Below, one piece after another: positions 49,596-62,546 of a stretch of DNA of 64,000 nt. Within the stretch, counting starts at the first letter, position 1, and each line of letters starts with the position of its first letter. Origin of the DNA: Podarcis filfolensis (lineage: Eukaryota); NCBI GenBank assembly GCA_964270895.1, contig OZ185440.1; one strand, given 5' to 3'. The notes under the pieces were generated by a model, which was not told the DNA's origin, made no database searches, and worked only from the letters and a program-made list of their open reading frames with translations. The position numbers and the translations under genes were made by a program.

Positions 49596-50574
49596 ATGCC
49601 TATGCAATTTTTATTACTGAATCTTTTTGTTGGCTGTTAAGGCTTTTTGCTTTGGGAATGGATATATAATGCACCTAAACCACTTTGTGGTTCTTTACAA
49701 TCAAAAGGTGTACAAATTTTATGAATAAAATAAAGTAATAAAATAAAATAAGCCAGTTGGAAATTCTGAAGAAGCTGAGTTAACCTGTCCCATGAACATC
49801 TTGCTAGCCCCCTAATGACCTGACCTCTTTCCCTTCATGCCAAGATCCTGCTTCCTTATCAGCTATGCCCTTGCTCCCACTTGAACGCCATGTTACTCTT
49901 GACTCCAGGAACAAGGAACAGACCTATCTTCCCAAGTCACATTCTTTCTCTTAAATGCTATCTCCTGGAAGGAGATACAGCCAACAAGAAAGAAAGAAAA
50001 ACGCAAGCAGATCATTCCTTTTGTAAATGTTTACATAAGGAGACTTTAGCAGAAACAGTTTTTTGACACCAATAAATCCTCACTGCAATGAGTCCTTTGT
50101 TTCCTCCTTCAATCTTCTTTTGCCACACCCTGTTCAAGAGTGGCCATGCTTTAATGCACCGATGACTCAGCCTGCAAGTGGTAGATCTTCCATAGACTAA
50201 ACCTTCAACTTTTAACTTGAAATGTTTACTTAAGTTGCTTTCCTGCCCAACTTCCAGAAGCACACAAGAAAATACAGGGACCTCTCTATATGGGTAGGGT
50301 CCTTTGGCACACAAGAACAACTCCTCACTGTCTGTATATATCAAATATGGAGATATGACCTTACAGCCTTAATATTTGGCTGCCTCTTATCACACAGGCA
50401 TTTTTCTAAAAGACAGCAGTCAATATTCATGCAGAAAGGGTCCTGGCAAAGTATCCTCTAGTCTTCAACAAAACCTGTTTTTCCCAATCATGTCCAGCAC
50501 GTTGCCAGTTGCAATTTTTTAATTTTTTAATTTTTATGAATGCAACAAGTGGGTACATATTTGTATACTAATTT

Positions 50575-50760
50575 GGTGTAGTGGTTGGACCAGGGCCAGT
50601 GGCCAACATTTTACTCAGCCTCACAGGGTGACCTTGGGACAGTCATTGTCTCTCAGCCTAACTTATCTCACAGGGTTGTGAGAATAACATGGGGAGGTGG
50701 GGAACCACATGCACCATTTTGAGCTCCGTGGAGGAAAGGTGGGATATAAATGTAATCACA
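50575..50760 (+). mobile_element. Old MIR/Squam3-like SINE
   Basis: tggtgtagtggtt head, gtgaccttggg...ctctcagcctaac core, gagctcc...ggaggaaaggtgggatataaat tail. Confidence 0.6.
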
Positions 50761-51989
50761 CACACAGCTTTGCTCTCTCAAACACCCATCCACCCACAGG
50801 TCTAAAAAATGAAATGCTGTCCACATGCTGTGCTTGCTTACTCCCATTCTCCAAAGTATGGGCGAATCCCAATTTCTGCTGATTTACCTGACCGCACAAA
50901 GTAGCATTTCTCCACTGCTGGTAGCAGTAGCAATATTAAACCTGGCTACATCTGCATCTGCCTGGATTTTATTCCTCTTTCGAAACCTCTGCTGCTATTG
51001 CTATGGGGAAAAGAAATGCCACAGTGCAAATAAAGGAACAGGTTAAAAGATGATCACTGTGGACAAAATTCATCTGCAGTCATCCACTCGGGTGGAGCTA
51101 GGGATAGCAAATGGAAAGCAGAATTGGAAAACCTGCAAGACAACTTATGATGGAAGAAGCGCTTCCTTGTTAGTATCTGGCTGCGATGCTGACCACAGAA
51201 AAGTAAAAATAAATACAGTGTTCAAAGCTAGGAGAAGTGGCTAAAGACAATAGTCCATGCAGAAGTTCATTCAAAGATTTTTTAAGCATTATGAATCTAA
51301 GTTGAGGGTTGAACTGAATTTTTGAAAAACAATTCAGCACAGAAGGATTATGACAAGACAGTGTGGGGCAGGGAACAGAATATCAGATTCCAGGATCTCT
51401 GACCAGGGCTGTACCAAGGAGGAGAGCTACAGAACAGTTTGTTTACTGGAAACTCAAGGCCCACCGACTGGAACCAAATGCAAAATGGTGGCTGTGGGAT
51501 GAAAGAGCCAGATGCAAAAGGTGTCGTGTGCCCCTCTGTTAGAATCTGGTATGGTTTAGTCAGGATCTGGCAAGGATTTGGCATGGATCTGGCATGGTTT
51601 AGCATTCTTGAGTGGAGGTTGATGAAGGAGATGAAGCAGAGGGGGTGGTTGAAGGCTAGCACTCAGGGATGGAGGACAGAGCTCCCCACCTTTCAATCCC
51701 TGAGTGTGAGAGAGGGAGAAGGTAGTCTGGCAGCTCTTTCCACTACCCTTCCTGCAGAGCCACCGTGGAGGGAGATGGACCTCAACCAGCTGGTGATAGT
51801 AGTGGAGCAGGAAGTGACGGCAATGGAGTCTGAGTCAGGGGGCAAGAAACAGTCACAATGTCTTTCCCCGCAACTCTCCCCATTTCCAAGTGACTACAAA
51901 ACTTGCTGCAGTGGAAACCCAAGTGAGATGAGCAGTGTTAGAAACTGAGATATGAAAGCTAGGAGCTAAATGGCACCTTAAACCTAGGT

Positions 51990-52125
51990 CAGGCTTCCTC
52001 AACCTCGGCCCTCCATGTGTTTTTGGCCTACAACTCCCACGATCCCTAGCTAGCAGGACCAGTGGTCAGGGATGATGGGAATCATAGTCTCAAAACATCT
52101 GGAGGGCCGAGGTTGAGGAAGCCTG
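51990..52125. mobile_element. 136-bp palindromic hAT-type MITE
   Basis: TIRs caggcttcctcaacctcggccctcca / tggagggccgaggttgaggaagcctg; perfect TSD acctaggt. Confidence 0.92.
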
Positions 52126-53325
52126 ACCTAGGTTATGGGTGCAACAACAGAATGTCTAGGTGCACTTTTTTAATAAGAAGAATTCAAAGCTGAAAATGAA
52201 TGAACTGCAGCTAGAATCTTATGTTCATTTTTCACATGGCCTAGTCCTCATCTGGAGACTGCAAAAAACAAAGCCATGCTTCCCCTGCCTGCCCCCCCAA
52301 TATTCTTAAGAGGGTCTCCTCTCCAGTCTTCAGAGAGTCGCTGGAAGTGAGGAGGCAGAAAAAGGTCCTCCTTTCCTTCCACTCTGCAGTTTTAATCTGA
52401 AATGTTAGGCGCAGCAATGCACCCAGAGCTCAGAAACTGCTTGCGCTAATGATATTCCTTGTTGCAAAACGTGCCTAGAACAATGGGAGTTTCAAACGCT
52501 GGAGATGAGTAAAAGAAGTGGTGAAGGCCCGCTCTGAAAGAATGCAAAACATGCATTCAGAGAGTGCTTTCTGATCCTCTGGCTAAGTGCAACACAGCAG
52601 TCCAATGACATCATCCATTGATTTTTGGTGGCTGTGCAGATGTTTTTTAAGCTGGTGGTGACAGAATGATTGCCCATTGCTGAGAATGAGTCTGCCTGCG
52701 TGAGAATTCCCTGATGAAACCCTAAATGCACTCTGTGCTCTACAGGGACCACAGAGAAAAAGAAATCAGAAAAGCTTACAGTGAACTTTATTTACTCTAC
52801 AGTGATCGAAGGAGAAAGAAGAAATGAAACAGATATCTCATAACCTTTTAAACAACAATAACAAAATATCCTCTATTTGGAGCATTTCGACATGGTACAG
52901 TCATGTTATTGTTCTGCTTTAACTGATAAGATATAAGGTTTCTTTGCATTATTGTACTATTGGATGCTCAGTTTGTGTATTATGTTATGGATTATGATAG
53001 ATATTGTGTTTTTAATCAGGTGTTTGGTACGTCTCAATTTTGTTTTTTATTAGTTTGGAATTAGCCTGAGGTTTGTGATAGATTTTGTTTATATGTTCCA
53101 AAATCTAGGTGTGGAACCACCAGTTTGCAGACCTAACTTGGCCCACCATGCCAAGTTTGATATAGTGTGCATCATCATAATCAACAACCCACTCTTTACC
53201 CAGGACGAGTTACAACAAGTGAAACACAACATTGATATTAAAATATTACACAATATTAAAAACAGCTTAAAACAACTTAAAATAAATAATAATAATAATA
53301 CATGGCACCAGGTATGGGGTGGATA

Positions 53326-53822
53326 GCAATGACAAACCTAGACAGCATCTTAAAAAGCAGAGACATCACCTTGCCAACAAAGGTCCGTATAGTTAAAGCT
53401 ATGGTTTTCCCAGTAGTGATGTATGGAAGTGAGAGCTGGACCATAAAGAAGGCTGATCGCCGAAGAATTGATGTTTTTGAATTATGGTGTTGGAGGAGAC
53501 TCTTGAGAGTTCCATGGACTGCAAATCTCTCCATTCTGAAGGAAATCAGCCCTGAGTGCTCACTGGAAGGACAGATCGTGAAGCTGAGGTTCCAGTACTT
53601 TGACCACCTCATGAGAAGAGAAGACTCCCTGGAAAAGACCCTGATGTTGGGAAAGATTGAGGGCACAAGGAGAAGGGGAAGACAGAGGACGAGTTGGTTG
53701 GACAGTGTTCTCGAAGCTACCAGCATGAATTTGACCAAACTGTGGGAGGCAGTGGAAGACAGGAGTGCCTGGCATGCTCTGGTCCATGGGGTCACGAAGA
53801 GTCGGACACGACTAACAGCAAC
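53326..53822 (+). mobile_element. Bov-B (RTE) LINE 3' fragment
   Basis: Same RT tail (AMTNLDSILKSRDITLPTKVRIVKAMVFPVVMYGSESW...); perfect 12-bp TSD atggggtggata at 53314-53325 and 53823-53834. Confidence 0.93.
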
Positions 53823-55218
53823 ATGGGGTGGATAAGGGTAGGGCTTTAAAGGTACAACCAGGAGCTGAGGGTGGTCTCCCAATTGTTTCTTTGCCGGAGC
53901 AAGGTGTGTTTCAAACGCCCCATCATCTGATGGATGGTAGGAACACACCTTGCTCATGGAGCAGAAAGCAGTTTTCATTCAATGGAAACCGCTTCCCCCA
54001 CCCAGTCAGTGCTGTTCCTATCTCTCTCAATCTCCAAAAGCAGCACAGGAAGGTTTGCAAAAAGCCACTTTGCGCAGCTCATTTGCACCTCTGACATAAA
54101 CAAAGGGATAAAAGCATATTCAAATTAAAACAATGGTTTGCAAGGTGCACTCACTAGGTGCAGCTCAATATCCAGTGAGTTTTCACTGCATATTCAACAT
54201 AACTTGTACCTGAACTTATTCACCTAGAATCAATGCTAGGAATTCAGAGCTGCGAGTGAGCATGACACAGTTTTTCACAATTTGGCTCCACAACGCTCAG
54301 ACAGCTGGGATTGATCAAACAACAACAAATCCAGTACGGACAGAAAGGACAAAAGCAGGTGTTAACTTTTGTCTGTGGCACATTTTGTAGGCCCCAAAAC
54401 ATTAATGCCCTTATTAATAAAACAAAAGGAAACAGCTACAGAGTAATAGGGTGTCCACACTTCCCTCAATTTATTCCATCACAGACTAATTCAGGGTCTT
54501 TATCTGAGCAGAACAAAGCAAGGAAATTATCTAATTTCTTCAAAGACACGTTCCTAGCCTGGCTGCTGAATAGAAGCAACATGAGAAGCTAGAAAGTAAT
54601 GTTACTATGTTTACTAGTCAACTTTTAAATTGCAGTAACACCTCAAGGCTTCCGTCTAGACAGGCAACTCTATTGTTCCATAGAGCATAAGTATTAATTA
54701 TTGCTCTTCACCTCCCAAAATAGCATTCAGACACAAGAATGGTATGAAAACACACCCGCTTGACTTGCCATAAGATGGCAATGATTACACTACGTTAATC
54801 ACAAGGTCTCCTGCCAGCCTGCAAGACAGAAATGTGGATCCAGAGTTTGCTCCAAAGTAGCTGTGGGCATTAGCTCAAGCCTTGAATGTTGTAATTCTCA
54901 ATGCTGCAGAAGTGCAACAATGGCTCTGAGACCACTAGACTGGAGGCTCAGCTACATTAGTTAAAAAACAGTGTTCTGAATGTGCTATAAACATGCAACA
55001 CCAGATAGCGCTGGAGAGCAAAAAAAAATTCTATGCGATTTTCCATAGTGTTTTTCTTAGGGGCTTAGATGATAGGGATTTTGGATTTGCAAGGATAGCG
55101 TTCAGGCCCAGGGGAGGGGAAGCTGGTGATTAGAGATGTGCTGTTTGAGCAGGCAAGATGAGGCAGTATGGAATTGGATTATATATTTATATATAATCCA
55201 ATGAACAAACAAACAAAC

Positions 55219-55320
55219 ATGACTCTGACCAAGCTGCGGGAGGCGGTGGAAGACCGGAGTGCCTGGCGTGCTCTGGTCCATGGGGTCATGAAGAGTCGGA
55301 CACGACTAAACGACTAAACA
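55219..55320 (+). mobile_element. Bov-B extreme 3' end (about 100 bp)
   Basis: ggagtgcctggcgtgctctggtccatggggtcatgaagagtcggacacgactaaacgactaaac matches the ends of the two longer copies. Confidence 0.88.
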
Positions 55321-56296
55321 TGTGTTCCTCCACCATCAAAATGAGTGAATAAAGAATGGATGAGAGACAGGTGCTGGGTAAACAATATGAGCCTCTAGCC
55401 CATCTGAGGTAGCACCTCTGTTTTAAAGTAATCAAGACTGGGCCAAGATAGTTTGAATCCCAAGACAGAAGTCCAAATGCTGTCACTTTTCACACACAAC
55501 TGCCCAAGTGGCGTTGAAAGGAACAGGAGTTGCGTAACAACATTCGTTTGATCTTGTGCAATTCTCACTCCTTCAAACAGGACTTGAGCAGAAGCACTTC
55601 CTGGTAGTAATGATGGATGAATCTGTCCATTTTGGTTTCTTTCAGTTCCTCTCATCCCCCCCCCCAATCTTATTTTCATCTAATCACATTCCACATCTGT
55701 TTGCAAATTTTGATAGCATTTACGTAAGTACTCATTTCTCCAAATAGACACATTTCTTACAAGCAATTTCCCCTTTCGTATGTTACTTTCACTAATTTTT
55801 GCACCTGCTCCCCTAATATATGCATTTTGTACACACCTGGAGAATGCATAAGAAAATTCAGAGAAGTGCGAATTTCAAATGAAAGTTATGTTTTGGCTCA
55901 CATATAGTTTCAGGAAGTGTCTGTTAGGTAGGTTGGCATTAAAATGCTAACCAGACCAAATTCCTCTGCCATCCGTCTGGCTGGTGGACTGTTGCATGGG
56001 TCACACCTGTCACACAGCTCCCTTGATCATGTGCCCAGTACCTATTTCACCTTATTTCATAGTAAGACACATAAAATATCTTCTGTCATATTCCTCATCC
56101 CAATGCCAGCAATATCCAATGAGTTTAATGGAGATCTGTCTCTGCATAAATGAAATCTGGGTTTGTCGGGCAGATGACAAGAGACTAGGAGAAGTTATGC
56201 ATTGTATTCCTTCAAGTGCCAAAGTTGATAGCCTCAGGAGTGAGCCATAGGGCTGAAAAACCTACCAGGGAAGCAGCTCACCTATTTCGGTCTTAC

Positions 56297-56536
56297 CTGT
56301 TCTATAGCCTGTGTTATTGAGGTACACTGCAAACGTGCGAATTTCATGCTGGGCCTGCCAAGACGGAGAGGAGCAGTTTTCATTGTTGGTGTAGGTGTTG
56401 TGATTGTGGACGTACTTCCCTGTGAGAATTGAGGAGCGGGACGGGCAGCACATAGGTGTCGTCACAAAGGCATTGATGAAGTGAGCACCTCCCTGTTCCA
56501 TGATCCTCCTTGTCTTATTCATCACTTGCATTGAAC
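56297..56536 (-). CDS. SULF2: SULF2 exon (catalytic N-terminus): [79 protein letters not shown]
   Basis: Acceptor ttcctcag|, donor |gtaaga; 240 nt. Contains the sulfatase CxPSR signature (Cys converted to formylglycine). Confidence 0.97.
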
Positions 56537-57891
56537 CTGAGGAAAGAAAAAGCACCACCGTGTCATAAAAAAGAGATAGAGAGCTGAAAGCTCATTGCTC
56601 TGCTTTGTCAGAAAGTTTCATTGCACGTAAGACAAAAGAAGCCACTTTATGATAAAACGAGCATAGTTGTTTTAACCAGCGAGGGCGGAGAAGGCTGTGC
56701 CAAATATCTCCTGCTGGTTCCATCTTCACAGTAGTGTAAGTAGCTTTGGAATTAAATCCCTCAACTTTTTTTAAAAGATCTTTTTAACCTTTCAGTTTTA
56801 GGACTTAATTGCCTCATACTGTGTATATATAGAATCCAAGGTCTGCTGAGGGAATCTGCTATTGCTCAGTATGGCTCTCAGGCTACCCCTGCGGCAGATT
56901 GTTAGCTACATTTTGTGTGTGTGTTTGTTTGTTTTTAAGCCGAACAATTTTCGGTGGTTTTTTAAAAAATAACGATGAAAACAAATTCTGTATCACAGTG
57001 AACCAGCAAAGAAAACAATTTGGGGCAAAGGAACTTCAAAACTATCACTTTGTTCTGATAATCATTGCTCTGTGAGTGGATTAAGGAAAGACTCAAGAGA
57101 TGTACTGTTCTAATCCTCTTCTAATGCAAACAGGGAAAGGGCCAAAACTCAGCTGTAATGCTTTGCATGCTGAAGGCACCACTTTCAATCCACTTTTACT
57201 TGGGGAAGGTTCAAGTAGCTGGTGATGGGGAAAATCTGTGCCCAAGACTCTGGAGAACTCAGCCAGTCAAAAAACACAAACTGGGTTAGAGGGACCAACA
57301 GCCTGACCTGATATACGGCAGCTTCCTAGGTTTTTAAATCACACAACTTTATTGACTTTTAGCACATAAGAGAAAATGCATAAGGTGGGTCCACAAGCGA
57401 AGGCGATCACAATGAACATACAGGTCTTGCTCATGCAACCTGAAAGGAGAGGGAGGGCGAGTCTTATGCTTCCATGCGCCCCATCCCCATGGAGGGAAGA
57501 ATATAGGAATCAGTGCAATAGAGTGTTTATCCATACCCTAAGTGAGATACTGCCTCCTCTTGGAGTATAAGTCCTTGCGTCCTCTCCCTACTTAACCCAG
57601 CCATTCCATTCACTTTATTTAATTATTCATCATCTCAGCCATTTTCATTGTTATTGAACTACTTTTAGTTATTAGGATCTGTTTTGCTTCCAATGGGAGC
57701 GACTCCTCTGCTGCTTGTCACTTCTGTGTTTTCCATCCAACAGGCATGAAATTGCCAGGGATTCTATGTATTTTCTATCTATCCAACAGATTAAGACCTG
57801 CTAAACTTTAGATGGGGGGGGGGGAGTCCTCGTTTTGTAGGCTGCTTTAAAAATACTCACAGGCTGATCCACAGATCACTCCATATACTAG

Positions 57892-57919
<28 letters not shown>
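57892..57919. repeat. (TC)14 microsatellite
   Basis: Direct reading. Confidence 0.95.
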
Positions 57920-57923
<4 letters not shown>

Positions 57924-58143
57924 TAAACTAAAAATAAGTTCAGTACAAGGAAATGGGGAAGGTGGGGAGACAGTGTGGACTGGATTAAAAATGCTTTTCT
58001 GGGCCCAATTCAAGTTTCTTAAGTTAGTGTTTAAAACGACTTAGCCCCCAAATATCTGAAAGATGGCTGACTTCCCACCTAACTCTCCCAAATGTTAAGA
58101 GGGTCCCTACTCCTGATCTTAATAGTTCCACCTCACTCACAAG

Positions 58144-58263
58144 CAGGACTTTTTTTTTCTAGAAAAAGAGGTGCCAGAACTTGCCGTGCTGACCACAGCC
58201 TTTGGTGCAAAGAGAGGTGCCGGAACTCAGTTCCGGTGAATTCCAGCTGGAAAATAAGCTCTG
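58144..58263. mobile_element. hAT-type MITE inside the old L2
   Basis: Termini caggacttttttt / aaaataagctctg; TSD ctcacaag/ctcacatg. Confidence 0.75.
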
Positions 58264-58370
58264 CTCACATGTTCACAAGAGAGAGCATTCTTTGTGGCAG
58301 CCCCCATGTTGTGGAATTCCTTCTCCACAGAGCTTCATCTGGCTTCTTCACCATGAAGCCTTCTGTGAAT

Positions 58371-58715
58371 AATAATAATAATAATTTATTATTTGTACCC
58401 TGCCCATCTGGCTGGCTTTCCCAAGCCACTCTGGGCGGCTTCCACAAAGACCAAAAATACACTAAAATGTCATACATTAAAAACTTCCCTGAACAGGGCT
58501 GCCTTAAGATGTCTTCTGAATGTCAGGTAGTTGTTTATATCTTTGACATCTGATGGGAGGGCGTTCCACAGGGCTGGTGCCACTACTGAGAAGGCCCTCT
58601 GCCTGGTTCCCTGTAGCCTCACTTCTCGCAGTGAGGGAACTGCCAGAAGGCCCTTGGTGATGGACCTCAGCGTCCGGGCAGAACGATGGGGGTGGAGACG
58701 CTCCTTCAGGTATAC
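58371..58715 (-). mobile_element. Younger L2 LINE 3' fragment with (TTA)n tail
   Basis: ORF YLKERL...RAFSVVAPALWNALPSDV...FRRHLKAALFREVF; duplication tgaat at 58366-58370 and 58716-58720. Confidence 0.85.
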
Positions 58716-59934
58716 TGAATGATGAAGATGCATCTCTTTACCCTTGCCTTTGACACCTGAGGTGTCTTTTTTTCAGGGCCCACCCTATTTCTGTGATTGT
58801 AACCTGTTTCAACCATTTTAAATTTTAAATTGTTGCAGCCTGCCCTGGGACCTGCTGGTGAAGGGTGAGTAGCACAATTTATGATAGTCGTGAACAGAAC
58901 AAATGGGCTCCATATGTTTCAATACTTCATTATGAAAGGAATGTGTACTCTTAGTAGGAAGTGATCAGACATTAACAGGAACACCCTATAAGAATTCTGA
59001 CCGGTTGCCATTGTTACTCTTTCCACTTGGGAATGCCACCCCCTTGGGAATTTATCCCACAAGCAGATTTCAATTTGTCCTTCAAAGGCTTTTCACAAAT
59101 CTATGCACCCCATAATGGTTTCTATCGTTAGAATAGCATGCAAAATTTCATAAAGAATGGGCAGACTGGGGGAGGGAGGGAGAGAGAGACTTAAGCTTTT
59201 ACAGGATATGGGAAGATTCTAAAGAGATGGACATGTTTGCATTTGAGTGGGGCTCTCCTAAGCCATTTTGGAACAGACAAAAATGACTCTGTATCATATC
59301 TGCAGCAATTATAAGATTTGTTATGCAAGACTGAAGCAGAACAGGCCTCTCTTGATGAAGAGTTCTCTCTAGTAGCCACAAGGTCAAGTTGCCATCAACC
59401 TTCTCCTGCCATTGAAGAGATGCCTTCATGTTTGGGGGGATGCCAGTCCCACACCTGTCTGCCCTTAAGCCCCTGAACACAAAGGTGTCCAGTGAGAGCA
59501 GCCGCAGGCTATAGCATGCTGAGTTTTAACTTGACTAAAGCCTGCACCAATGTATTTTCAAGACAAGAGGCTCACGTTAGAGAATATTTAGCTGGCTCAC
59601 GGCACTGGGATTTCCTTTTATCTCTCCATCAGCCATTCAGAGTTAGCAAAGGTCAGGTGTGCTCAATTACCTAAGTGGCTCTAGGCCAGTCTGTGGTAAA
59701 ATGGCATCACAACCTAGTCCCTAAGAGAGAGATGACAGCCCAAAGATGCTTTAAAGTCTGCACTCTGAAGGCCAACCCCCTCAAAAGTAGATGAAACTAA
59801 AAGGATAATAAAAAGTGGATCGAGAGAGCTAGCTTTTCCAACTATGTAGGGATATTTGGCTAACCACCCTATGGCAGAAAGAAGAGAGATATTATACATG
59901 TGATGAACAAATTAAGTGGGTAGGAAGACACACA

Positions 59935-60350
59935 TGGCATGGAACAATGTGATAGAGAAAAACCTTTCTCCATCTCCCATAATGCTAGAATTCATGGGCA
60001 TCCAATGGGAATGAATGTTGGAAGATTCAGGACAGATAAAAAAAAGTATTTCTTCATGTAGCACATAGTTATCTACGGAACTCACTTGCGCACGAGGCAG
60101 TGATGGCCACCAAACTGGAAGGCTTTAAAAGATGACTACTAGCCACGATGGCTGTGCTCTGCCTGCATGGACGAAAGCAGTAATGCTTCTCAGCACCAGC
60201 TGCCTTGAAACCACCAGGCATGGGGAAGAGTGCTCTTGTGCTCAGATCCTGCCTGAGAGTTTTCCCACAGGCACCTGATTGGCCACTGTGATAACAGGAT
60301 GCTGGATGAGATGGACCATGGGCCTAATCCAGCAGGGTCTTCTTATGTTC
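59935..60350 (+). mobile_element. CR1 LINE 3' fragment
   Basis: RT C-terminal remnant (ggaagattcaggacagataaaaaaaagtatttcttc) and 3' UTR ending ctaatccagcagggtcttcttatgttc. Confidence 0.75.
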
Positions 60351-61959
60351 ACCCCTGCACTAGATCAAGCTGTTTTGATGCAGACTGAATGAAAAAGGGG
60401 TGTTTTCTTTTGCCCACACTCCATAACTGCATCTCCATCCTCCCTGATAACTATAAAATGCTCAGATTTGGGCATCCAGCCCTCTAATGCTGTATCTCAC
60501 AACATGGGAAGTCATTATAGAAGATGACACTTCACCCCCCCCCAAAAAAAATGAGTCCAGAAGAGCATGACAAAGCTCTCTGGAGCCCCAAGCAGGTGCA
60601 CTCCTTTTAGGGTGTGGGGATACACTGCAACATTTTGTTGCACATCCTACTTCCTCTAATGTTAACGCTCTTCACCACCCATTTTTTTTAAAAAAAATGC
60701 ATGGCCATTTGTGGACCAAATGTAACTCTGAACACAGTTTGGAAGACACAGATACCAGCTTTTTCCTCTCCATCTTGTGAAGCGAACCCTCTCTCCCTTC
60801 CCTCAAAACCCAGGCTGAATCACTGTTTTGTCATTCTGCTATTAAAACACAATTTTAAACAACCCCTTTAAATAGCAGAGGCATCTGTGCAGAAATAACA
60901 CTACATGTTAACTCCCCCCTTGGGGACACTAACCTCCTTTAATAAAACCACTGTAATGACAAGTCCCTATATATCAACAGTCTTTAATACAGAAACATAT
61001 GATCTAATCTACTTCCACAGCTTGAGAGCTGATGTGAAGTGACAGATCAGTGGAAGGTAAAAATCCAGGGTACCCCTTCCGTGCAATCTTAAATAGGCCA
61101 GCTTTAAATATTTTACAACAGCGCCAAGCCATCCAACAAAAATTCACTTCGTACTGCCTCCCAACACAAACTTTGGAGAGGCGGAAGAAATCGGATTCCT
61201 TCCTTTTGTAGGACATTGGTTGGGTGTTAATCGGTTGCTGTAATCTAAGCAAAACAGCTGCCTCTGGAGTAGGAAAAGCTTCCAGGTTGTCACCAATTCG
61301 GTTCTGATGTTACTTAGTAATGCTGCTGCTTTGAAAATGTGAGCATCCTCTTCAGAAGGTGGTCTCCATTGCAAATAACTAAGCCCTGTTTATGTTTGCA
61401 AACTCATGTTGAAAGGGCATGGCATAAGATCAGACATTTTTAGTTGACCCAGAGATAAAGTCTTTCTAAGAATTCGGAACTCTTGGAATTTTTTTGTTTG
61501 ACATATACAGAGGAGACCAGTGTATCTTGGCTCCTTATGGGTGAATCAACACTGGATATTTGCTTCCTTTCAGTTCTTCTGAAAAGAGAAAGCACCATAC
61601 GTTCCTGCCCACAAAGAGGTTAATTTTGTAGTTTTCTGCACCAACAATACATCCGGGTTTATGTATGTTTGGTGCCTACTTGAAAATAAACATGCTGCGC
61701 TGTATCCTGCAACTGGAATTCTACATGATGCACATTACACAGATCTGTATAGCTTATTCTGCAATTGCAAGTCCCAGAAAAAGGCAAGAGTTAAGGCACT
61801 GAAGCCTCCAGCCAGTATCCACAGCAAAATTCTGCTGAGCACCACTTCTGCGGGCAAGGAACTTGGGTTTGGTTTTGCTGTAAAAAGAAAGTTAAGAATC
61901 CCAAGATGATAAACCCTACAATAAGCCAACACCTATTTCTATGGTATGGCATGGCCACA

Positions 61960-62055
61960 GAAAACGTTCAGCACATTTGGTTGAGATTCCTTCATAGCAT
62001 GGGGTTGGATTAGACGAACCTTGCAGTCCCTTCCAACTCTACAATTCTATAGTTA
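61960..62055 (+). mobile_element. CR1-type 3' tail fragment
   Basis: ttcagcacatttggttgagattcc...cccttccaactctacaattcta matches the SINE tail at 62547-62650. Confidence 0.65.
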
Positions 62056-62546
62056 TATGATTCAGCTGCTATGTTTCCACACAATGATGCCACATGCTGT
62101 CAGTATCAAAGACATGCTTTGCAACAGCACCAACCAATCAGTATGATAATTCAACACAGGAGCTCTTTATTCTCCTGGACTAATATACAAGGAGCTTGTC
62201 CGTTTTCTCATCAAGTATGGTCCAATAGACAGTACTGCCTGGATTTGGGCCTGGGAGACTAAAGTTCAATTTGAGTTCAGCAAGAGACTCCTAGGACAGC
62301 CTTGGGCAAATCAAGTTCTCTCAGTCTCTCCCTCTCCAAAAATGTAACATGAGAACATTAATGGCCTGCTTCATCAGGCTGGACTTATGAGGACACTAAA
62401 GCATTTCACACATTACAAGGGATCTGCAGAAATGACTGGGGGAAACACAAACATCAAATAAAGGAAAACTGCTCCATAACATTGCAAAATATATTGCCAT
62501 GCAGTGTTCCTGCACAATCACTTACTAAAATAATGTTTTAATATTT

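Larger units (their letters stand above)
2201..56536 (-). other. SULF2: SULF2 gene body (partial: 11 internal coding exons; 5' and 3' ends outside the window)
   Basis: Exon sizes 240,152,170,151,176,129,57,130,208,244,97 nt. Splice phases chain correctly (1,1,0,2,0,2,2,2,0,1,2,0) with no stops. Diagnostic residues [23 protein letters not shown] and FHLKKKMKVWRD match SULF2 rather than SULF1. Confidence 0.97.
58085..58880 (+). mobile_element. Old L2 LINE 3' fragment, interrupted twice
   Basis: After removing the inserts it reads LILIVPP...RAFFVAAPMLWNSF...KMHLFTLAF, resembling the L2 ORF2 C-terminus. Confidence 0.65.

Noticed and set aside
53277-53978. 233-aa and 177-aa ORFs (also 17141-17954) as host genes
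   Set aside because: They are the Bov-B RT tail and its antisense shadow frames.
2201-56536. SULF1 identity, or a pseudogene
   Set aside because: Diagnostic residues match SULF2; all exons are present in order, in phase and stop-free.
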